64,000 bases of DNA, from the NCBI GenBank assembly GCA_943789475.1, contig CALSUG010000006.1, forward strand, positions 199,425 to 263,424, given 5' to 3'. Under the pieces are notes generated by a model. That model was given only the letters and a program-made list of their open reading frames with translations. It did not search any database and was not told the origin of the DNA. This DNA comes from an uncultured Alphaproteobacteria bacterium (lineage in GTDB: Bacteria > Pseudomonadota > Alphaproteobacteria > Micavibrionales > UBA1664). Shown here piece after piece: positions 11,101 through 20,250 of the stretch. The stretch's first letter is position 1. Each line of letters opens with the position of its first letter. The translations under genes and the position numbers were made by a program.

Positions 11101-14100
11101 CGTTACCATTTGCTGGTGTGTTTAATTGCAATCCAGCCAAATCGCTCTGACTAACCATCCATGTTTGCAATCCACCAGAAGTTGTAACCAGACTTCCTGC
11201 AGACAAACTATATCCAGTTGGAATACCTTCAATAAATACAGCACTTAAAGTTTCAGAACCATCTATATCTGTTAGTGAATTTGTGATGTTCAAAGCAACT
11301 GATTGGCCAGCAACAACACTACTATCAGATCCTGCATCAATAACTGGCGCATCTGCAACAGCATCAACGATGATTTGAATAACCTCAGTAATTGATGCGT
11401 TTGTGTTTGTTGTTGGTGCAAATGCATTTGCAGTTACATTAATTCCATTCAAATCAACATCACTATCCGCTGGCGGTGTAAATGTTAAACCGCCTGTATA
11501 GTCAACACCCGCAGGCATCGTAATTGTCCATGTCCCTGTCGCAGCATTATAAATCCCATCCACATTACCAATTGTCCATGACGGATCAATTCCAGAAACA
11601 GTAACCGTCAACACTTCTGTGTTGTCGCCTGTAATTGTTGCAGAGAACGGTACAAATACAGAACCATCTTCAAGAACCTGATGTGTACCATCAACATTCA
11701 ATGTCGGTGGGTTCGCAGTATCCGCAATCACAACGTTTAATGTTTGCGTATTTGTTGCCGTATTATTTGTTAAATCAAAATCATTATCTGTCACAGCCTC
11801 AGTTGATGTTACAGAAACCTGTAAAGGAACAGATCCACTAAAGTTCTGAGGTGTATTCAAACGTAATCCAACCAAATCAGATTGAGTAACAGACCAAACA
11901 CCTGGTGATACTTGTGTACCCGCAGTCAAACTAAATCCAGTTGGCAAACCAGAAATTGTAACATTACCAAGTGATTCAGAACCATCTGTGTCCGTTAAAG
12001 CGTCCGAAATATCCAGTGCGATTACTTGACCTTCTAAACCATTTGCGTTGTTAACATTTAGTACAGGCATATCAGCCACGGCATCCACGATAATTTCAGA
12101 TGGCGCACTATTATTAACACTATCACCTGTTTGTGGTTGTGTTGCCGTTGCAGTCAACGTCAAACCAGTCATATCAACATCACTATCCGCAGGTGGCATG
12201 AATGTTAGACCACCAGTATAGTTCTGCCCTGCAGGCATCGTGATTGTCCATGTCCCTGTCGCAGCATTATACGTACCATTATTTACACCTGCCGTAACAG
12301 TCCATGTTGAATCGATACCTGTAAGAGTAACTGTCAAAACCTCTGTTGGATCATTACCGTTTAACCCAGCCGTAAAATCAACAAATACTGAACCATCTTC
12401 AAGAACTTGATGTTGACCATCAATGTTCACAGATGGTGGCGTTGCGTTATTTGTTACAGTTACGCTTAAAGTATCTGTTGACGTTGCCGTGTTGTTTGTT
12501 AGGTCAAAGTCAGTGTCTGTAACACTCTCTGTCGCCGTTACAGAAACAGAAAGATTAAACGTTCCAATTCCACCAGCAGGAATATTCAACTGAAGTCCTG
12601 ACAAGTCAGATTGCGAAACAGACCAAACACCTGGTGACACTTGTGTACCCGCCGACAAGCTATATCCTGCAGGTAAACCAGAGATAGTAACATTACCAAG
12701 AGATTCAGATCCATCTGTGTCTGTTACTGCGTTAGTAACATTCAACGCAATACTTGATCCTGCAACACCAGCGATATCAGCGGCATCAATAGTTGGAGCA
12801 TCTGCAACCGCATCTACAACAACTTGTGTTCCTTCACTATCCGTTGCTGTTGTGCTATTACCGGGCTGTGTTGCTGTTGCTGTAACAGTCAACCCTGTTA
12901 AGTCAACATCACTATCAGCTGGTGGTGTAAATGTTAAACCACCAGTATAATCCTGCCCTGCAGGCATTGTAATTGTCCATGTGCCTGTCGCAGCGTTGTA
13001 TGCACCATTATTGGCACCAGTCGCGATTACCCATGATGGGTCAACACCAGTTAACGTAACCGTCAACACTTCTGTTGGTGCTGCATTTGCGGAAAGAGCA
13101 GCTGAAAAATCAACAAAGACTGAACCATCCTCAAGAACTTGATGGGCACCATCAACAGTCACTGTTGGTGGGTTAGCATTACCAACTTGCAAGTTAACTG
13201 CAAGTATATCTGTTACTGTGGCTGCGTTATCCGTTAAGTCAACCTCTGTATCTGTTGGAGTATCTGTCGCAGTAACAGACACAGATAAATTAAAATTACC
13301 CACGTAATGAAGTGGTGTGTTTAATTGTAATCCAGCTAAATCAGATTGAGAAACAAACCAAACACCTGGATAAGTTTGCGTTCCTGCAGATAAACTAAAT
13401 CCTGCTGGAACACCCGAAATTGTTACATTGCCAAGTGATTCAGAACCATCAGTATCTGTCACGGCATTTACAATATTCAGAGCGTAACTTGTTCCACCAA
13501 CACCCGTTACATCAGACGTCGTTAATGTTGGTATATCAGCCACAGCATCAGTCACGACATCAACAAGAGTAGAAATAGATGTGTTTGATCCATCAGATTC
13601 TGTCGCTGTCGCTGTCACTTGAATGTTCGTCATATCACCATCACTGTCAGCAGGAGGTGTCAAAGTTAATGAACCGCTATAATGTTGGCCAGCTGGCATT
13701 GTGATCGTCCATACGCCTGTTGCTGCGTTATATGTACCATTATTTGTGCCCGCACTTACTCCCCAACTTGCGTCCAAGTTAGAAACTTGAACAGATAATG
13801 TTTCGGAACCATCTGTATCTTCCAATGTCGCAGACACATCCAATGTAATAGATCCATCTTCCTTAACGATAGGATTATTCACAATCAATGAAGGAGCATC
13901 AGGAACTGGGGAGAACGTCACATTAAACGGCATCGACGTTGTATTTTCATTATTTGTAAAATCAAACTCTGTATCCGTTGGTGTATCTTCATTAACAACA
14001 GTCACCCCCAAATTAACCGTACCACTGTAATCTGTTGGTGCTGTCAATTCCAGGCCTGGGACATCGGCAAGAGGAACGGTCCACGTTCCATTTCCATTAT

Positions 14101-15595
14101 CAACACCATGATTAAGAGAAAAACCCGCTGGCATTCCAGTAATAACAACAGATGTAATTGATTCGGAACCATCTGCATCGATTAGACTTGTTTGAACATT
14201 AAGCGCGACCGGATTATCTTCAAAACCCGAAACATCCGTTGCACTCAAATTAATTGGATCCGCAACCGCATCAACAACAACATCAAACTCATCTGTTGTC
14301 ACAGATGTATTGCCCGTCCCAGAATCAGTTTGCGTTACAGTCACAGTTGGGCGCATATCCTCATCACTATGTAGTGGTGGTGTAAACCTAGGCCCTGATG
14401 TTAACTGCTCACCTGGCAGCAAATTAATTGTCCACGTTCCCGCAACCGCATCAAATGTTCCGTTAGCCGTTGTTGGATCAGTTAAATCTGGTGTCCAACC
14501 TGGCTCAATATCACTAATTACAATACTAATAGAATCTGAACTATCAGACGGTGCAGCATAAATACCAAGATCTACCGTATTATCCTCATAAAGAGATACA
14601 GCATTAACAACAAGTGCAGGAGGGCTCATTGGAGCATTAAACACGAACTGTTCATCTTGAACCGTTGGACGATCAAACGCCAATTCAGTCACACCAATCG
14701 CGCCAATCGCGTCATTATTACCCGCAGTACCACCATTTACGGAACTGCCAAACCCTGCCCCCGTGTTACCCAAGGCATTTGCAGCGTTATCTCCTGCTGC
14801 AGGCTCTATTGAGGCTAGTGTTTGCGCAATATCACCTGACGCAGGTTCAATCGCAGCTATTTCCTCTGCTTTAGGCTCAACAACAGGTACCACAGCCACA
14901 ATTTCTTCAACTGGTTCTACCATCACAGTTGTTAAAATATCTGTTACAGATATAACCGTTCCATCCGCCAATGTCATTTGAGGAATATCTGTTGCATTTT
15001 CAATAGCGGAAAAATTCGTTAAAATTGTTTGCGTGCCATCATTAAATGAAATAACCAATTCACCTTTTTCATTCAGTTGAGCATCTTTTATATCCGCCTG
15101 ATTAAAATCAGATACATATGTTTCACCTTCAACCAATGTATAATTTAGAGATAAGGCATCCATTTCAACATTCGGTTTTGAAAGCAAATTGACAAATTCG
15201 TCCCCCGCAGCAGGAGTTATGTTATCTAACGCGCTCGCATCCGCAACAAGCGTATCTGAAGGTGAAGAGAGACCTTCTGCAAGCTTTGTTAGATTAATCA
15301 CCTCACCATCACTCAGTTCAATATTTTGAAATTTTGAACTTCCGAGCGCTTCAGTGTAATTATCGACTGTTAATGTTTGACCATCCGTAAATGTAATCAA
15401 GAGCATGCCACCCTCAATGATTTGCATACCCGATATATCCTGCAAACCAAAATTAAAGTGTGTTGGTTCTTCTGTCGACAATGAGACAGATACGTTACTG
15501 CCTTCACATGGTTTTTCGACTTGAAATGTCGTACTTGTTGCAGTGCATTCTTGTGCGGATGTATCAAATGTATTCGTCATTTTTTCTCTCTTCAT
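8144..15595 (-). CDS. giant repeat adhesin, T1SS substrate (LapA/RTX-like; T1SS-143-type repeats plus C-terminal secretion domain)
   Basis: 2483-aa acidic, Cys-poor ORF with seven ~245-aa modules, each containing VDAVAD...[15 protein letters not shown].PAG(F/Y)SL. C-terminal RTX nonapeptides ([42 protein letters not shown]) are followed by a [12 protein letters not shown]...DFVRIV type secretion domain. It sits next to tolC, the ABC exporter and hlyD. Confidence 0.9.
   Translation of the reverse strand: [2483 protein letters not shown]
9500..14300 (-). repeat. in-frame tandem array of ~738-nt (~245-aa) modules inside the adhesin gene (approximate limits)
   Basis: The VDAVAD motif recurs seven times. 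The modules diverge progressively toward the 5' end of the gene. Confidence 0.8.
9861..11008 (-). repeat. two adjacent modules sharing a 410-nt block that is 100% identical
   Basis: 9861-10270 equals 10599-11008 base for base by my reading (offset 738 nt). The first mismatches are at 9860/10598 and 10271/11009. Confidence 0.85.
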
Positions 15596-15827
15596 TTCAG
15601 AGCCTCAAAAGGCCCAAACTCCCATTTGTTAAAGCAAAAAACCACCTAAATTGCAAATAAATAGTTTTCTGACTGTGCTTTTATATACCATAACAGCAAT
15701 TAAGTCAATTTTTATGTGAATAAACTTATCGTTCCTACATATATTTCTTCTAACATTTTTTCATTTTAAGGATAAAATATAAATAAAACTTTAATGCAGG
15801 GCGATATATATGAAAGCCATTATTTAC

Positions 15828-17321
15828 CTATTTCACAAGTTCCGAAAACAAATCTTGATGCATAAACCTATGCACACTATCTGGACGGTCAACAACATCA
15901 TGAATAATTGTCCCCCCTAAATAATCTATAACCGTTTTAATCATTTCATGTTCTTCCACGCCTTCTGGCATGTCAATCAACAGCATTTCAGAAAGCCCAA
16001 TAATACTATTTAAAGGCGTTCTTAATTCATGCGACATATTTGCCAAAAATTCGCTTTTTGCATGATTGGCCTTTTCTGCTTCTAACAACGCACGTTCCAG
16101 ATCATCGTTCAGCATTTCATTTTCGATCATACTTTCACGAAAGGTAAATAGTGTGCGTGCCATACTTCCTATTTCATCACTAGAATTACGCCCCTCAATA
16201 ACTGCTTTAAAATCTTTACGAGCAATAGACTCCATCACCTTTTTTAATTTTTCCAAACGTGCAATTACACGTTGACCAATATATCGCCAGCTTAAGAAAA
16301 CGGAAAATAAAACACTTATAAATGCGACCATAAATATTGCAAATTTACCGACTTTTATCTGCTCGCGAACAGTATTACTGGTTTCAATGACATGGTTTTT
16401 TGCATCTTCTGCGAATAAATTAATCGCAGCATTTGTATCCATCGTAACATCTTTAATCATATCTTTCTTTTTTTGAATTTCATTTCGTAAATTCAAAATA
16501 CGTATTTGTTGATCAAAAAAATTATCCTCACCTCTCCCCATTAAAAAAATAGAATCGAAATACTCCGTTTTCAATTCATGCCCTGCAATTTTAAATTCTT
16601 CTAAACCTCTCTCAACACGCCCTATACTTGCATTATACCTTTCCTTCAAAGGCACTATTTTTTCCTTTTCTGACACATGTGTAACCGTATCTAAAAGATC
16701 ATGAAGAAGGTTGCCTTCAATTTCTATTTGTAAAGATCCTGACAAAACTTCTGCTTTTTCCATTAATTTTTTATACGTATCAGAGTCTTCTAATCCGATA
16801 ATCAAATCAAATTGAGCATCATCAGATATAGGCTGAATAGCAGAAACAAAATCAGAATAAAGTGTATTTAATTTTTTTGAAAAATTTTGTAATTGTTTTT
16901 CTCTATCTATTCTCTCCACAATCATTTCACTATACTGATTAAACAGTAAATCCAAATGATCTGAATGACGCGTAATATTTTGCAGATCATCAACATTCTT
17001 ATGATAAAATTTTCTAATGTGGTTAATTTTATCGTTTTTTTCCGCAAAAATGACACGTACATCATTGTGTATGGTTTCCACCTCTACATACGTCTTCGCA
17101 CTCGACATTTTTGATGATAAATAATCAATCCGCGCACCTATTTCGACGATTGCTGATACGGATTGCATGACCGGAATATTTTCTTCCGAAATATTATAAA
17201 GAGATTTTCCCGATAAATTAAAAAACACCCATGCAACAATTCCTAAAAAAATCGTTAACGCGTTAACAACCCCTAATGAGTAATATAACCTGCTCTTAAT
17301 ACTTGATTTAAATTTTAACAC
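15828..17321 (-). pseudogene. truncated sensor histidine kinase (sensor, 2 TM, HAMP, HisKA; no HATPase_c)
   Basis: 497 aa. The H-box [23 protein letters not shown] is present, but the ORF stops ~60 aa later. Only 230 nt of AT-rich non-coding DNA follow, before the adhesin gene. Confidence 0.55.
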
Positions 17322-17341
17322 GACTTGACAACCCCATGGTT

Positions 17342-18532
17342 TTACTGCTGAACAATTTTATCAATATGTTTGAATGCATTTCCATGTTTCAAAATAGTTA
17401 AAAAAACATCATCTAACCCCTGATTATCTTCATCACCATAATGTAAAATAATATCTTCAATAACTATATCTTTCATCTCATATAACGTATTTAAAAATGT
17501 TTCCCGTGTAAGATTCTCCTTCACGTTTTTCAATATTTCAATCGCAACGCGCCCTACCAAATATCCTTCCAACGAAACAAATCCAAAATCAAGATCAGGA
17601 GAATAATTTACTAATGCTTTTTGATAGGATGCAACCAATTTGCTTTTTTCTGGAGAGAACGGAAACGGAACGACTTGTGAAATAATAACTCCATCACCAT
17701 CATCCCCTAACTCTTTAGACAATGCATCACTACCGACAAACGAAATATTCACAAACAATGGATCCATTCCTATCTTTTTGGCAACACGGATAAATTCCGC
17801 GCATGGTTTATATGCACCAACCATCACCACTGCCTCGGGCTTTGCTTTTCTAATTTTTAATACCGCCGATTTTACCGCTGTCGTATTACGTTTGTATGCA
17901 CCTTCAGCAACCAATTTTAGGTTTCGTTTCTCTAGCGCACGTTCAACACCTGACAATCCAGCGCGCCCATATGAATCATCTTGATACAAAATAGCTATCC
18001 GTTTAATTCCTAAATCTGCTGTTAAACGCTCAATCCATTCTTCTGTCTCCTGCCAATAAGACCCTCGCACATTGACAACATATCTTTTATAAGGATTTCG
18101 TAAAAATTCCGCCCCCGTGAAAGGCCCAATGAACGGCACTTTCTCTTCCGATATAATCGGCTCTATTGCACTTGCCGTTGGTGTTCCCACGCCGCCGATC
18201 ATGGCAAAAACGTTATCCTCTTTTATTAATTTTTTTGTATTTTCGATGGCCCTATCTGGCTCATACCCATCATCATACGCTATGACTTTAAGTTTTTTAC
18301 CATTCAAACCACCTTGCGCATTGAATTCTTTGAAAGCAGCAAGAATTCCTTCATTCATGCCTATGCCTAATGCTTTTGCGGGACCACCCAAAGCTGCCGT
18401 TTGACCAAAATAGATTATATCATCTTCCGCTTTTACTCGACATGATAATGTTATTATACAAATAAAAATCAGGAAAAGAGTGCATAATACACTCAAACTA
18501 TTTTTATCACTTTCAACCATAACTATCCCCAC
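17342..18532 (-). CDS. periplasmic substrate-binding protein (LivK / Peripla_BP_6 type), likely sensor partner of the kinase
   Basis: 396 aa with a signal/TM segment, then [30 protein letters not shown] and YQDDSYG motifs of type-1 periplasmic binding proteins. It ends 20 nt upstream of the kinase ORF. Confidence 0.75.
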   Translation of the reverse strand: MGIVMVESDKNSLSVLCTLFLIFICIITLSCRVKAEDDIIYFGQTAALGGPAKALGIGMNEGILAAFKEFNAQGGLNGKKLKVIAYDDGYEPDRAIENTKKLIKEDNVFAMIGGVGTPTASAIEPIISEEKVPFIGPFTGAEFLRNPYKRYVVNVRGSYWQETEEWIERLTADLGIKRIAILYQDDSYGRAGLSGVERALEKRNLKLVAEGAYKRNTTAVKSAVLKIRKAKPEAVVMVGAYKPCAEFIRVAKKIGMDPLFVNISFVGSDALSKELGDDGDGVIISQVVPFPFSPEKSKLVASYQKALVNYSPDLDFGFVSLEGYLVGRVAIEILKNVKENLTRETFLNTLYEMKDIVIEDIILHYGDEDNQGLDDVFLTILKHGNAFKHIDKIVQQ

Positions 18533-18678
18533 TGTTATTTTTGCAACTATAACAATACCACATATATGCTTTATTATTAATTAACAATTCAACCAACAGT
18601 ATACATCCACTAATCAAGAACGCACAAAGCAACGCAAATAATACAAAGAACACTTGCATAACATGATAATAAAAAGTA

Positions 18679-20244
18679 CTAATATCGAACTATATAGGGG
18701 TGTAGCTCAGTTGGTAGAGCACCGGTCTCCAAAACCGGGTGTCGCAGGTTCGAATCCTGTCGCCCCTGCCATTTTTGATAAGACGTCAAATTTACCAACA
18801 AATCAAACGGCGTTTTCAAAGTATAGCAAAGCTTTGCGCCCTTTAGTTCCAAGTTCGAAAACACATATCCGATTAATTGGCGTTTTTCGTCCGTTGTCGA
18901 ACGATCAAAAATGTTTAGCGCCTTTGAAGCTATAGAAACCAAGGTACTGACTGCCATTCGAAATTCTTCATCACCTGAATTATGGCGTTCTAATTGTTCC
19001 TGCACTTCCTGCCTGTGCTGGATTAGCTGACCATGCTTTCTGTCATACATATCCTTTGTAATACTCTTATCCAGATATTCATCCAAAAGTACATCAAGCC
19101 GTCTTGTTAAAATGCCATGTTCTTTGTTCAAGGCAGTAATAGACGCCTGATAATAATCTTGTTCGTTTCTATGTGTCTTTTTCAGGCTTTCTAATATTTC
19201 GGTTAGCAATTCTTCAGGAATTTGAATTGACGCAAAAATACCCCTGAGCTGATCCAAAACAATATTTTCTTTAGTGTATAGCTTTTTATCTGGATTTGCA
19301 GGATCACGATTGATTAAATAGATATGCCTTCCCTTCTTCAAATCGCAACTGACAAGCCTGCCAGATACAGCGCATTTGATAAGCCCACGAAAGATATATG
19401 GATATTTTGTTTCAACTACAGCTTGATTACGTCCACGACCTTCCCTGACAGCCTGACAAGCATCAAATAAATCTTTGCTAATTAATGGGTCATAAGCATG
19501 CGGATATAATTGCCCCTTTACCTTCATCATCCCATAATAAAATGGGTTTTGTAATAATCTATGGATTGTTTGCGTATAAACTTTTTTGCCCTTTAAGGTT
19601 CGCAAGCCCCAATCATTTGCTTTTCTGACCAGTTCAGCGATTGAATAAATGCCCTTAGAATATTCTTGAAAAAGGTTTCTGACTAAAAAGGCTCGTTCAG
19701 GGTCAATAATAACCGTGTTTTTTCGTCTTTCTGGATCAGGCGCATTTAAATACCCTAATGGCGCTGATCCTGTGCATTCACCTTGTGAAAGCTTTTGTTT
19801 GAGGCTTCTTTTGACGTTATCGGACAAACTATCAGTGTATGATTGCGCCATGACAACACCCATATTCCACATAAGCTTTTGCATACTATTGGAATCTTTA
19901 TTGAGGACATTACTTTCTTTAACAAAATGAAGTTCCAAAATGTCTTTTTCGAATAATTCGTTTAATACGGGAGTTTCTTTGAAACTACGTTGCAGGCGGT
20001 CAACTGTATCAACAACCAGCGCAATTTTTTCCTTTTGCGCTTTGATAAAATCAATCATCCGCATAAATTCAGGCCGTTCGCCTTTTGTTGAAGATTCAAT
20101 CGCCGTGAATTGCTTTATGATTTGAAAATTATTTCGGTCTGCATACTGCCTTAAATTCGAAATCTGGGCATCCAGCGAATGACCGTCCTCTTGTTCCTTT
20201 GTCGACACACGGGCTAAAATTACGGCTTTCATGGTCAGCGTCAC
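18679..20244 (-). CDS. large serine recombinase (integrase)
   Basis: 521 aa. N-terminal resolvase catalytic domain (AVILARVSTKEQ, DRLQRS), then recombinase, zinc-ribbon-like and coiled-coil regions. The last ~31 codons are antisense to tRNA-Trp. Confidence 0.9.
   Translation of the reverse strand: MTLTMKAVILARVSTKEQEDGHSLDAQISNLRQYADRNNFQIIKQFTAIESSTKGERPEFMRMIDFIKAQKEKIALVVDTVDRLQRSFKETPVLNELFEKDILELHFVKESNVLNKDSNSMQKLMWNMGVVMAQSYTDSLSDNVKRSLKQKLSQGECTGSAPLGYLNAPDPERRKNTVIIDPERAFLVRNLFQEYSKGIYSIAELVRKANDWGLRTLKGKKVYTQTIHRLLQNPFYYGMMKVKGQLYPHAYDPLISKDLFDACQAVREGRGRNQAVVETKYPYIFRGLIKCAVSGRLVSCDLKKGRHIYLINRDPANPDKKLYTKENIVLDQLRGIFASIQIPEELLTEILESLKKTHRNEQDYYQASITALNKEHGILTRRLDVLLDEYLDKSITKDMYDRKHGQLIQHRQEVQEQLERHNSGDEEFRMAVSTLVSIASKALNIFDRSTTDEKRQLIGYVFSNLELKGAKLCYTLKTPFDLLVNLTSYQKWQGRQDSNLRHPVLETGALPTELHPYIVRY
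18696..18771 (+). tRNA. trnW: tRNA-Trp (anticodon CCA)
   Basis: AGGGGTG acceptor stem pairs with CGCCCCT. D-loop AGCTCAGTTGGTAGAGC. Anticodon arm CCGGT-CTCCAAA-ACCGG. T-arm GCAGGTTCGAATCCTGT. Encoded GCCA 3' end. 76 nt. Confidence 0.95.
18765..18773 (+). repeat. left junction core (attL) CCTGCCATT
   Basis: Identical 9-mer at 25530-25538. Covers the last 7 nt of tRNA-Trp plus 2 nt. Confidence 0.55.
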
Positions 20245-20250
20245 CCCTAT

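Noticed and set aside
9500-14300. The regular repeats considered as a CRISPR-like array
   Set aside because: The period is ~738 nt, the repeats are in frame and translate to adhesin modules, and there is no short repeat/spacer structure and no cas genes.
8458-15660. Many 60-130-aa ORFs on both strands inside the adhesin gene
   Set aside because: All are nested in or antisense to a 7.4-kb continuous ORF with clear repeat/RTX architecture. They are by-products of the repetitive, biased composition.
18654-18935. Track ORF 18654..18935 (+)
   Set aside because: It reads straight through tRNA-Trp (peptide GVAQLVEHRSPKPGVAGSNPV is a translated tRNA). Artefact.
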